From the NCBI GenBank assembly GCA_003344405.1, contig NOWV01000147.1, positions 124,001 to 188,000 of the forward strand: 64,000 nt of DNA. Direction: 5' to 3'. The stretch comes from Trichoplax sp. H2 (taxonomy: Eukaryota). Below, piece by piece: positions 26,183 to 39,262 of this stretch. Numbering within the stretch: position 1 is the first letter of the stretch; every line of letters starts with the position of its first letter. Position numbers and translations under genes: made by a program. The notes under the pieces are model-generated. The model was not told where the DNA came from. It saw only the letters and a list, made by a program, of their open reading frames with translations, and made no database searches.

Positions 26183-29100
26183 ATGTCTTGGATATTTGGA
26201 AGCAATCGTGGGCCTAATCAACCAGGCGGTGTACCAGTTGTTCCGGTGCCTTCTGGTGGTGGAGACGCTTCTGGAGGAGGTGACAAAGATGGCTCGGGTG
26301 ACAAAAAATGGAGTGGATTCGATCCTACTGGTTTAGAACGTGCTGCTAAAGCTGCTAGAGAATTGAATGCATCACGTAAGAATTATTACTATTCATTATG
26401 GCTACTAGATTGCCAAGAGATAGATAGACTGTTATAGTACTTATTAGTCGTCTGTAATATCGAGTTGGAATTTTCATTCAAGTAGGTCATTCATCACATG
26501 TTTCTCTAATTTTATTACTGTATGTCAGCTTTCTTTTGCATAATAGCTTGAAAATATCGAGTAGTACTGTAATCGATAGCGTTTTACCAAGTTCAATTAT
26601 ACTAGGTACATAAACTCGTAATGATATAATGTGATGCTTCTTTAATAGCGCATGCCAAGAATGCTTTAGAATTGAGTCAAATGCAAGAGCAAACAAGGCA
26701 GTTAGAACAGCAAAGACACATTAAGGTCAGTTAACTCCTCATTGAATCTTTAAAGTTCCATTGTTTGAATTATATATGATTTAGGAGGTAAACAACGATG
26801 TAGTTATAAAACGACATGAGTATTACCTTGTACTGATATCATAATCATCATGGTGCAGGAACAAGAAGCTGCAATTCATCAATTACAATCGGAAAGAGTA
26901 CGTATTGAACAAGAAGAAAAGAGGAAAACTTTACAAACTGAAACACAACATCATCAGCAGGTTAATATTAGATAGATGTAAAATTGTTTTCAGGGATATC
27001 ACTTTACTACTCTCTATAAATTGTAGGAAACATTTATGCATGCTCTATAGATGTATCATACTGTAATATTTCTTGATATAGAGGGCACAATACAACGATC
27101 AATTAGCTCGGAAAAGATATGAAGACCAACTACAACAACAGGTAGATACGAGTATTTCAATAGGCTTGCAAAAGTGTTAAACTGCTATTTCCATTGATGC
27201 CCAACATCAATGCATTTCTCACGTAATACTGCTCTAGTAGTAAGAACTAGCTTATAAAATATTTTCGTAGAAACGTGTAACTGAAGAAAATTTAAGAAAA
27301 CAAGAGGAGTCTGTTCAAAAACAAGAAGCCATGAGAAAAGGTTATTATTATATTACCTCACCTTTCTACAAAATTCTGTTACTCATTCAAGATTAATTCA
27401 TTTCCTTAGCTACCATTGAGCACGAAGCTAAAGTACGACATGAATACGACATGCAACGAATGCGGGCTGAAGTACGCGAGAAGTAAGCGTTGTATCATAT
27501 GAGAATTATTTATTAATTAGTTATCAATGGCTAAATCAGCCTCAGAAGTAACTTGCGCCTATTTTGTTCGCGTGATGATATCACATAGAGCTAAAACCGA
27601 TAGGGAAAATCAAGATTTAACGTTAGAAAAAATAAGAGTAAAAGCCAAAGAACAACGTGATACAATATTGCAATCAATAAGGTAACACGAATTTAAATAA
27701 ACATCCCTTACAAATGATAACCTGTTACAGTAGCCAGACTTTAATGATAAATGCTTTTACCTGTAGAACTGCATCAACAGTTCTTGGAGAAGGTGCTTCT
27801 GCTTTCATATCGGACTGGAATAAGATAACCGCCACTGTATGTAATATTAATTTGCGTTTGGTAATACTGTTTATTAAGTTTTTACTTGTCGTAACTGGTA
27901 GGATAATATATCCATTCTTATGCAATTGACATACCAGCATATCTTACAGCATGTACCGTAGATCGTACACAGTATTTTCCGTTTAGACTATAATCATTTT
28001 TAAATTACTCGGTAATATACTAAATTAGGATGCTTTCTTGTTAGATTGGGGGACTTACTTTATTGGCCTTAGGTATTTACAGCGCTAAGCATGGTACTGG
28101 TGTAATTTCAAGGTATGCTCATTCTCATATGAGATGTGCTCCATCATTTCCAAAATAGATGATAAAAGTATAACATCTTATTAATTTTCCAATCTTAGAT
28201 TTATTGAAGCTAGACTTGGCAAGCCTTCTCTCGTCAGAGAAACTTCTCGTATGACTCTATTTGGTGGGATGCTTCGACACCCAATACAGGTGCTTGCAAT
28301 CGATTTTCTATGATATTTAATGAATTAACTAAAGCATATATAGAAAACTTATTTTTAACACTATCTGATTTGGACACTGATAGTATTACCGACGAAGATT
28401 TACCAAGCCGGAAGACGCGCTAGAAGGTATTATCTTAAAGGTAAGATTTAGCTGGTGTATCTATTGACCTTTTTTAATGGATAGTTTTTAATGCTATAAA
28501 ACGTTTATATATCTAGTCTACTCTAGAAAAACGTTTAAGAGATGTAGCAATTGCAACCCGAAATACCAGAAAAAATGGTGGAGTATACCGGAATTTATTA
28601 ATGTATGGACCTCCTGGAACTGGAAAGACTTTATTTGCAAAGGTACAATGACGCTAGCATAGATAACGTTACTGGAATTTATTATTTTAATTACTTATCT
28701 AACTAGCGAAACTTTGCGCTGGCAGAGTCTTGCTAAACATTCTGGGATGGATTATGCAATTATGACTGGTGGAGATGTTTTACCTTTGGAAAATGAAGGC
28801 GTCAGTGCTATTCATAAAGTGTTCGATTGGGCTAAAACCAGTAGACGTGGGTAAATATGATTCTAGCGTTTATTGCTACAAATATACTTTAAAAATATAG
28901 GATATTTTATTTTCTGCAACTTTGGAAAATTTACTGAATGCTAATGTAACCAATCTTTGTTAGATTAATGTTGTTCATTGACGAAGCTGATGCTTTTCTT
29001 CGAAAACGTAACACTGAAACTATGAGCGAAAATCTTCGAAGCACATTAAATGCCTTCCTTTATCGTACAGGAGATCCATCAAAGAAGTAGGAATAGCTTT

Positions 29101-29713
29101 GATCTCAAGGCCGTATAATCGTCTAAGTAATTGTCTAATTGCTTTTATCCTTTTTTCCAGATTTATGTTGGTTCTTAGTAGCAATCAACCAGATTTGTTC
29201 GATTTTGCCATAAATGATCGAATTGACGAAATGGTCAAGTTTCATTTACCGGATCAAGTGGAAAGAGAAAGGCTAATACGATATTACTTTGATAAATATG
29301 TACTGCAAGCAGCGGAGAAAAGAGGAACAAGGTTTCTGATAAATTAAGATAACATATCAAATATTTGTAAAGATATTAATGCCTAATCTTATTTAAACTT
29401 ATTATAGCCGCTTAAAAGTTGAATCGATGGACTTTAATAGTAAAGTGAAGGAAATAGCGAAAAAAACTGAGGGGCTATCTGGACGTGAAATATCAAAGCT
29501 CGGTGTTGCATGGCAGGTTTGTAAAAAGTCGATAACAATTTAGTCAACCTTACAGTGCTAAAGTTCTTAACTGTATGTACACATCAATTTTTATAGACAA
29601 GCGCGTTTGTAACTGATGATGGAGTATTAACAGAAGATGTTATTGATGCTCGTGTAAACGAAATGGTAGACCAACATAGGCAAAAGATTGAATGGAAAAC
29701 GCAAATTGATTAA
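26183..29713 (+). CDS. ATAD3: ATPase family AAA domain-containing protein 3 (mitochondrial)
   Basis: About 17 exons: 26183-26375, 26649-26725, 26859-26960, 27082-27141, 27271-27340, 27410-27482, 27589-27681, 27767-27836, 28045-28112, 28199-28289, 28384-28440, 28517-28642, 28726-28850, 28964-29086, 29161-29331, 29408-29516, 29597-29713. Motifs [26 protein letters not shown], Walker A GPPGTGKT, Walker B MLFIDEAD and LSGREISKL. Confidence 0.95.
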
Positions 29714-30385
29714 TTTGTTTATTATATATTTTTTGAAACTATTTTTAGTTTAGTCACGCTGTCTTTATCTAAATGCGCATTATAAGTTATTATTAGTATT
29801 TTAAATCAATAACCCTCTAGAAGGTATAATTGTAATTAAAAGCGCCTCAATGCTATATCTAGATAAAGGACTTTACATCTGGCAAAATAGGTGTTGGAAA
29901 TTTATATTTAGCTCTATCAATGCATAGACTATGGAACACACTCTGTCTATAAATTCGATTTATAACGGCTATAACGATTTTATATGCGTAGAGCTGTTTA
30001 TTAAGTAAAATTGAATTCTTTTGTACTGCATGAAGAGAGTTAAAAAAATTTGCTTTATTTTATGATTCATAATGTCACCATTACCTAGCACAATATGGGA
30101 GAATTTTTATGTAATGTCATAACCTTTTCTTGATTATAAATTCTGTTTTCAGCAATGAAAGAAATAGTGGATACTAGTCTACGCTGACGGTAATAATTTC
30201 CTAAACAAACTGTTTTTTATCAGTATTTAAGTTCTTTTCTGTTTGTATTATGTTATATAAGATGGGTTCAGTTAGAAAAGGCGGAGACTAAATTTTATAA
30301 ACTCTAGAGGTATAACTCTTATCATGTGGGCCTATAATAGAGTTATTGCTGAATCCTATTCTAAGCGCAATAAGATACCACCACA

Positions 30386-31064
30386 ACCGTCGTTATTCTG
30401 TTATTGACCTAAAATTGCTAAATGAAATGCTAAGTAAGATATTACAGAATTTGTTATAGAAAACCATTGATGTAAAAAATAAATCTCGTTATAATATTAT
30501 TTATTCGTTTATTGATGTCGTATAGATTAATCATCTACTTAGTGCTATGTGTAACATTATGATCTTATATAGAAGATGCCTAGTATAGTAATATCCTAAT
30601 ATACGAATACTTATCATATACCGTTTAAGTACTGTATTGTATTACATTCATAATGTACGACATCATGACTACATATAGACGACATGCTATACATATAAAG
30701 ACATTATCTCAATCCCATCTAAAACCTATAAATACCCTTGTACGCTAACTCGTTAGTCAGTTCCTACATTCCTGCTATCTCAAATACCTTATCTATAACA
30801 ACCATATCATTGTTAGCCTGTAACTTGTATCTCAATAAAATCCTTTATACCTTCTATCATCGTCTACCTTAAAATACTTTNNNNNNNNNNNNNNNNNNNN
30901 ACCGTCGTTATTCTGTTATTGACCTAAAATTGCTAAATGAAATGCTAAGTAAGATATTACAGAATTTGTTATAGAAAATCATTGATGTAAAAAATAAATC
31001 TCGTTATAATATTATTTATTCGTTTATTGATGTCGTATAGATTAATCATCTACTTAGTGCTATG
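30386..31064. other. Assembly gap (20 N) with a ~164-bp duplicated segment on either side
   Basis: 30386-30549 is near-identical to 30901-31064. The intervening 30550-30880 looks like a low-quality read tail before the Ns at 30881-30900. Confidence 0.85.
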
Positions 31065-31689
31065 CAAGAAGCACCTTACTCTATGACATAGTCCAATTTC
31101 AACATTATGTAATTCTACTTAGTGAAAATTGATGCGATACTTTATTTGTACTACCTACTACATCAAAATTTACAGTGTATAAGTTAAAGTTACAAACACC
31201 AAAGAAGTTGTATTACTTTTAGATACAAAAATAAATGCATAAATTGCGAAATAAAACAATACATGCATGTCGTTCCTGATTAATTCAATGAAGGAATAGT
31301 TTGTTTGTTGAGTACGTTATCGCCACAATTTTACAAATGAGACGTCAGAAAGTCCTAGAAATAACATTTAAACTTGGTATAAAGTAATTAACAATTTTTC
31401 TGTATCCATCATTTGGTTGCACGGTGATTGCCAAGTTTAAAAACAAAACAATCTTACTATACGTGTCGGTATATTTTAAAAGTTCAACCATGATAGTATG
31501 TTACAGGAATTTTACATACTGTGTTTTTCTTATCCTTTAACGATTAGTCTATTGATGGCTTTTATTATATACGCATACAACTTGGCTATAGATAATTAAG
31601 CTGTAAAGAATAATTTCATGATTATTCATGATAAACCTTACCAAATTGGCGATAAAGAGTAAATTTGTAAGAATCCTAATACAATGACA

Positions 31690-33201
31690 TTAATTCAAAG
31701 TATTTGAGAATTTTGGATGGGGCCAACTCACAATTTGAGGGACGGGGTTGATGATTGGTAAGCTGCGAAGTGCTAAATCTTTATTCAAATGATGAGGATG
31801 CATACGACTTGAAATATGTTTAGGGGTAACTTGATGTTTTGTTATAAGTGAATTCTTAGGCAATTCAGCAAATGATGTCATTGTTTCACTCGAGTAAATA
31901 CCCCTATTTTCCTCTTCTACTTCCTTTTTCCATTGCTCCTTCTTTTTTTCTAAAAGGCCAAATTTGGTTGCATTACCTACGGATAAATTGCGATGCATTT
32001 TAATAAAGTCAATAGAGGAAATTATTTCACAAATCATGAAGGTGACAAGTCATGCTTTGTTAAGAGGAAAGTAATAAGATATGGAAAAAGTAAATATCTA
32101 CCGTAAATAGGGACATCTGATTTTTCCGGTAGCCATGCAATTCTTTTAAGGTCCCATCTTCTATTCGTAGGTATATGTTCTAGGTCTCGTTTATTATAAA
32201 CTTGATCATAGTAAGAAATCATGTTATCGTTGTATTTCTTGCCATGATGAAAGAAAATTTGTTGTTTATTAAGGCCCTACAGCATTAAAAATTGAAAGTA
32301 TGTACAGTATATATAAATCATTTATTTTAATAGCGATATCTGTCAATATCCAGAAAACAATAAGATATTATGTCATAGTAGCATTATAGTACCGAAAACT
32401 TACATTATTCCTTGCCAGAGCGGCTCGTCGAATAAATGTATCAGGCTTGGCATTACCGTAAGGTTTATAGTCATGTCTTTGTGTACTGCTATGATTGAAA
32501 TTCTCTCGTTGATACTACGAGCGGAAACGAAACAATGCCAATATAGTCATTAGTAATCAGTGTGCTATTTTAAAAGTATAACAATGTAAACGTTTTAGGA
32601 TATACGTAAAAATGTAACAAAAAATTTTGACATCAGGCTACTTAGTTTGCTTAATCGCAAAGCCAGTAAACTGTCATTGCATTATAAATAAATCTTGCGC
32701 TTAAATGATTTGGCACGTTAAGAAGGATGTCTAATGAACACAAATGATAGTCTTTCCTTGTCAGACTGTTTTATTTAAAATAATTGCTACAGTAGCAACA
32801 ATACGATAATTCGTGGATAATTAAGATGATCGATGTGAAAATTAACCGTAATTATATTACATATCGTTTTCGATTAAATTATACTATACAAAATTTTTAC
32901 AATCAACATTAGTCCATACTTTAGGGATCCAATCCACACTATTAGGATATGCCTTATAAGTTTTTGGGTAATATCGATACATTACGTTGTTAACTTGAAT
33001 AGGTCTTCAAAGGCAGTATGATGGATAGATGATATTGTGTTACAAAAAAAATTATGACGATAATTTTATTTCTCGAATTTAATTATCTTACACTATAGCC
33101 CTATACAGTACCTGCATTCGTTCTTCATACCAGTTACCAATGAGCACGCCATTTTTAAATCTAGATTCAACTTTCCAACTAGGTTGACCAGAAGCCGCCA
33201 T
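31690..33201 (-). CDS. CFAP107: Cilia/flagella-associated protein 107 (C1orf158-like microtubule inner protein)
   Basis: Exons 33201-33112, 32514-32404, 32276-32102 and 31976-31690 join in frame. PSWKVESRFKNGVLIGNWYEER, FFHHG, MISYYD and WLPEKSD are characteristic of C1orf158/CFAP107. Confidence 0.85.
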
Positions 33202-33613
33202 AGCAATAGCTAGTTTTTTAATGCTGATTACTGTAGCTAATCCTAATGTCAACTAAACTAAAAAAATAAGAATAAACTGCTGTCTTCCGTTTCCGTACTG
33301 GTTAAAGTTGGCAAGAAGTAATTGCTCGTCTGTACAAAGAATACTTGCAAATTACTTGCCTTCAATATTCTACTCCTAGCTAACAAAGGTGCAATTACTG
33401 TATATGAAATAATTAAAATAATCTGGTTGCCAACGTCTGCGATAATAAAACCAGGTGAATCCAAGGATTATAGTTCTACTTTTAGTTAACTTAATACTAG
33501 GCCTATACGCTCAATTAATGCAGCATACTCTAATCAACGCTTGTCTACTGCCTCTACCCTTATGGCCTAATGTATCAGATTTACTGTTGTTCTAATGAAA
33601 CAAGCGCTTCATG

Positions 33614-33644
33614 ATTTCTATGGTAACGACCAAGATCACGTGAT
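33614..33644. promoter_or_regulatory. RFX X-box-like site plus palindromic E-box upstream of CFAP107
   Basis: ATTTCTATGGTAAC at 33614-33627 (one mismatch to GTTNCYATGGYAAC) and ATCACGTGAT at 33635-33644. Confidence 0.5.
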
Positions 33645-34045
33645 TTCTTCTTGGCTTAGTTTAGCCATAGGATATGATTGGATTTGATAGGAGGCTTTTG
33701 CCGTCGTCGAGACATTTGTGATCGATTCGATAGAATTAAAATGATTATATGTACTCATTCGGGTAGCGCTAAAGCAGAGAATAACGTTTATCCTTTGATA
33801 TCAGAGATTACCATAGGGGAATTTCATTATGATTATTATTTTTTTTTGCAGTAGCTCCTGGCACAATAGTATTGTATGTCAGTATTGACTGATGAATATA
33901 CTGTACAGCTAAGTATAATATTATTAGTAGGGTAGCGACTATAGTCGTCTTGTTGGAACTCAATGTATCAGCAGGGACGACTAATCAAAAGAAGCAAAGA
34001 TATCAGTGCTTGGGCTGGCAAAAAAGTCCATTGCAGTATCTTGGA

Positions 34046-34142
34046 GTACCTACTAAGTACTATGGATGCCACGTTAACGTAGACAAGGAACAATCAATGT
34101 CTACGTTAACGTGGCATCCATAGTACTTACTGTAGTAGGTAC
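34046..34142. repeat. Long inverted repeat (32-bp perfect core, ~40-bp total) in the CFAP107/ALG3 divergent promoter
   Basis: taagtactatggatgccacgttaacgtagaca (34054-34085) is the exact reverse complement of 34098-34129, with a 12-nt loop. The outer gtacctac/gtaggtac arms pair across a 5-nt insertion. Confidence 0.95.
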
Positions 34143-34436
34143 ATGGACTGATGGACTACTGTACTGGATTGGTTACATTTGCCTGGTGCTGTCTTGGAGG
34201 CCGTCCGATGTCAGACTGACTCAGACATCATATCTTAAGTGTCTACAGTACAAAAGTTCTTGTACTGTACTCTATGTACTGTAAGGACTGCAGTCAAATC
34301 CAGTAGTTTCAGTTTCGTCCAGGACAGTACAGTACAGTGCTCAGTACTGTACTGTTCTGTACTGTGGCAGTGTGGCAGCAACGCTTGCACAAACTGCTCA
34401 ACTGGTGTTCCATTAAAGTGTCCAAAATTATCCATC

Positions 34437-37244
34437 ATGCCTCCATTCATTAAAAGTCATGTCAAGCAACCAACACAATCAATCTGGACTGTCAATTATT
34501 TCAAGCATTTGCTGCTTGACTTGTTGTTCAATCCAAGATCGATTGGCAAGATATGTTTACCGTTGCTCCTTTTTGAAATCTTGCTCAACATCATCGTTAT
34601 CTTTAAAGTATCATGTAATGGCGTCGTATATTAAATACTGTACTGACTAATTGTCGATAAGAATGGAACATGACTTCATTTTACTCATTATTGAATGTGA
34701 TTGTAATTTAATGGATGCATTAGATACTGAGATTGATTGGGAAGCATATATGAGCGAAGTTGAAGGCTTTCTGAATGGAACCTATGATTATGGTCAATTG
34801 AAAGGAGCAACGGGACCTCTTGTGTGAGTATACTGTAAGCGTAGTAAATAACATCATCGACTCGATCTATCTAATACAGCAATAATAATATTGGAATTAA
34901 ACAAATGATACTGCAATTATTAAGAAAATAGAAAGTACCGTGTTTTATTGACTAGTCCTCGTAGAGCAATGCTATGGTTAGATCTAATGCTACTGACTTG
35001 ATTATAGTAGATCCTTGATTACCTCGGGCTACTACACAACTGAACTGTACTGTACATTCGTACAATAAAGGCACTGTAATGTACTGTACTGCAAATCAAC
35101 CTATCGATGTCATGGCTGATTATATATTTGCACTTCTTTTCCACAAGATACCTATGAGGATTTCGCTTATCGTGTCTAGTACTCTGTACTTGCATACGGT
35201 GACAATCATTGCTGTCTTCCATCGTATAATAACTCTATCTTATCCTTTACTACTGTGCTATCTTTAGGTATCCTGCAGGATTTGTCTACATCTACTCAAT
35301 TCTATATATGGTTACTCGTAGCGGCCAAGATATTTTGTTAGCTCAGTATATATTCGCTGTGCTATATCTGATCAATCTAGTATTGGTAATGAATATTTAT
35401 CGAAAGACTGCAATCGTAAGTATTAACGGCTCATCAACATCATGCAATGGTAATAATAAGGACGTGTATACTCGACCGTAAACAACATCGCACAAATTCT
35501 AATCAATCTACATAAAATGATAACCACACTTCTTCGTCAGACTATTACTGTAGAATAGCGTAGTAATACATAACTTCATATTTCACCTTTGTGAACAACA
35601 ATGTCTACAACCTTGCTGTCGTGCGATGGAATTCCAAAAAATTCAATCCTGCTGTGTATTTTTATTAACTTTCAGGTTCCACCTTATGTTCTGGTGATCA
35701 TATGTTGTACATCATATCGAATCCATTCTATATACATCCTTCGAATGTTTAATGACCCTGTAGCTATGCTTTTCCTATACGCAGCTATAAATTGTTTTAT
35801 ATTTGGCTATTGGACGTCCGGATGTGTCTGTTTTAGGTATTTCTGAGTTAGTATACTGTAATCTTGACTGTTTCTCAAAGTTAATATTAGGGTACATTAA
35901 CATCCTGGACTTGTTCATTACAGCAATATGTATGAGGACTTCATTTACTTGTACTGAATTACTTACGGAAACAAACAACTTATTAAAGTTGGCTACTTAG
36001 AAGTAGTCTAACCTTGACAAATGATTACTAAATTTGCCTCTAGCTTAGCTGTTTCGATCAAGATGAATATACTCCTTTTTGCTCCTGCGTTATTAATCTT
36101 GCTGCTACTGCAATATGGTATCATCGCTGCCATTCCAAGATTAGCTATATGTGCTATTATTCAGGTCAGTTTTCTACTTGCTAATCTAGTTCCAAGTATA
36201 GTAATGTATCGTATACCCGTACATCATGCATGCATAGTCGTCAACTTGAGTAAGTCCTTGAACGAACCAACAGAAAATTTATAGAAATACATTTTATTGT
36301 AGTAAATAAATACAAATATATGTGTTCTGCTTAACAATTTCAACTGTACTTAATTCAGATTGCTCTCGCTGCACCCTTTCTATTAAATTATCCCAAAGCT
36401 TACCTAACTCGCTCGTTCGATTTTGGACGCAAATTCTTTTTCAAGTGGACTGTTAATTGGCGTTTTCTTAGCGAAGATATTTTTTTAAATCGGTGGTTTC
36501 ATTTGTCGTTACTAGCAGCTCATCTATTGGTGTTGATTGCGTTCATATTCCGACGCTGGCTAAAGTATTTTTTTTAAGTTATCAAAAATTGTAACACCAT
36601 TCATTAAGCATTATTGATTTACATAACGCACTTATACATCAAACTCTGCTTTTGCCGTTAGGAAATGCGGAGGTTATGAATCACTCTTAAGAATGAGGGC
36701 TAGTATGGCATATGAACCAGACTCTAAGAATATCCTTTGTATGATTATTTGACATTACCACTTAATTATTATAATACTACCGGTATACACACTTTATGTT
36801 ACTAAAATTAGTGTTGCATAGCAATTATCAAGTGCCAATTTTTTTTTCAATTTACCTTAACCTAACCAACGCATTGTTACCATGCTCTTCATTTCCAACT
36901 TTATTGGCATAACCTTTTCACGATCTTTGCATTATCAATTCTATGTGTGGTACTACCACACTATTCCATATCTGTTATGGCTAACAGACTATCCAACAGT
37001 TATCAGGTCAAGCTTGCAGCTTTTCACCTTATGTATGTCGTTTTAGGCAATTGCGCTTATGGTTATTCTTGTATGATTTCCGATTTGTAGACTCTTGATT
37101 TTAGGTGGAATTGAAATGAGCTGGAATACCTACCCATCAACCGTCATTAGTTCTATTAGACTACATGCATGCCATTTAGCTCTACTAGGAGCTTTATGGA
37201 AATGTAAACCGCTCCAGTTTGGCTTTAGACATAAATCGTCATAA
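34437..37244 (+). CDS. ALG3: Dol-P-Man:Man5GlcNAc2-PP-Dol alpha-1,3-mannosyltransferase
   Basis: Exons 34437-34614, 34724-34823, 35268-35415, 35676-35836, 36044-36164, 36359-36564, 36662-36729, 36871-37006, 37091-37244. Motifs [55 protein letters not shown] and WNTYPST. Confidence 0.95.
36730..36870 (+). other. U12-type AT-AC intron in ALG3
   Basis: 5' end ATATCCTTTG; branch-point TTACCTTAAC at 36852-36861; 3' end AC at 36869-36870. Removing it restores ...PDSKSIVTMLF... Confidence 0.9.
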
Positions 37245-39262
37245 CTATAAACTGACATGATTTGTTTACTTCAATATAAAGTCTCCTAGTTCTCTATCAA
37301 TTGATTCGAAACAGAGATCCTATATTATTGTCATTGTCAGGCAGAAATTTCAGGCCTTAACTAAATGTACAAATGTTATTTTTCTGTAAATTACAATAAT
37401 ACACGCATATTAGTTCAATTTTAATTATGAGTGTCATGATTATTTTTTTGGATTAATATGACATGAAATTAGTAAATAATTGAGGACATTAATAATGCTA
37501 TAAAGTGCCGTATTAAATATGTAAATAAATACCCCTACAGTCCTATTTTTACGTCTAATATGCAAGTTGCTGCCATTTTACAATCAATAAATTATTCATA
37601 ATTATAATGATACAATCGTAAACTTATGTGTACATACTGGGCTGGTGCTACTGAAAAACTTAAATGTGCAATAGTTTGTTCATAATTAACCAAGTTATGT
37701 AATATAGTCTGTTATGTTACTGCATCAACCTAGCAATCAAACAAAGTGATTAAAGACGCGAAATCCTATATACTTCATTTTAATTTATGGATACCTTTGT
37801 TATTCACTTGCCTTATAGAAAACACACTGATCTACACAGATGTCTGCATGTGAGACAAGAACATCAGTAAGATCGATCTTTTCATTGTCTTCATAGAATG
37901 GAGGATGCAAATATATTCGTATGAATACGGTACACTACCTACAGTTTATTACCAGTAGCTATGTCTACTTTCACCTTGGCTACTCTTGTATAATTATCTG
38001 CAAGCTTTTCAAAGACTTTCACACGTCTATATACGACGTAAGATAGATTCAGGCAGGTATTTTTCTAGATGTATCTACTTTATCAACCCTCGAAAAGTAA
38101 AGCAGACGTGAGAATAATCTAGTAGATAAGTCCATAACGAATTAGTTTTAAGCATTAATAGCTACAGTCTATAGTGGTGCTGGTTGCAATTGTATACTAT
38201 TAATTTTAAAGTGCTTAACGAGTTAAATAAGCCATTTTTAGTATTTTTAGTTTTGAAAAAAATTGTGTTTGATTCTTTATTACGGTTCAGATTATAAAGA
38301 AGTGTTCAATATTACTCTTCAGGTAAAGAATCTACCCAAAAGTACTCATTAAGAACAGCCTAGTTATGAAAATTCGAAATATTGTAAAACATCAATAATA
38401 CTGTATAGTGCTGGAAACTCAATATCGTCGCATAATAACTTAATTGATCATGTAAATTGATTCACTACATCAGCAGCACCTGCACAATCTATACATCATA
38501 GGTACGCATCAGGAGGAGAGTAATTAATCAATTAATTCGTTAATACAGCGGTCGTATCGGTTAATAAAATGAAAAGATATATTAATTCTGGATTAAGCTG
38601 AAGTAAAATTAACCACGTCTAAATTACAGCAAGTTATTCAATAAATATAACCCGATACATGTCTGCACCTAAAAAATGATTGCAAAAAATTTGAGTTGAT
38701 TCGACCAACTTGCACAGCATAGAAAACACCTCTCGCCACTTTCATTTCCTGCAGTATCCAGGAATATTACAATACATACATAGCATAAAAATCTCCGTCG
38801 GAATAAATAAGCATAGCTTAAATAAAAGACCAATTATAGTACATGGAGAGAAATTTTAACTATATATTAGAAGTGTAGTTTGAGAGGAAGAGTACTGTAG
38901 TCCTATGACGCTATCAACTGCAACTAGTGTTATAATAAAATCAAGTTAATTTAAAATGCTTACTTTCACTTATGATTTCGAACCGGTTCATCATCATTTC
39001 ATTGTCCGGTCTTTAATAATATTTACTATTACATTAATCAGCTGTTAAAATAGTAATCATGTGACGGAAAGAACTACCGATTAAGCAAGTAAGTATTGAA
39101 TTAGAGTAATCCAGCGCATCAATCCGAATTGATTAATATCAACTGGTGTAAAAGAAACTTCTTGCTGTCATTTTATATTCTACATTAGGTAAGAATTAAT
39201 GCATCCACCATACTGGTATAAATTATAATATACATTAATTCGTATAATAATAATTCAATTAT

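Noticed and set aside
30386-31064. Direct repeat as LTR or biological duplication
   Set aside because: It flanks an N gap with low-complexity read-tail sequence, typical of unmerged contig overlap.
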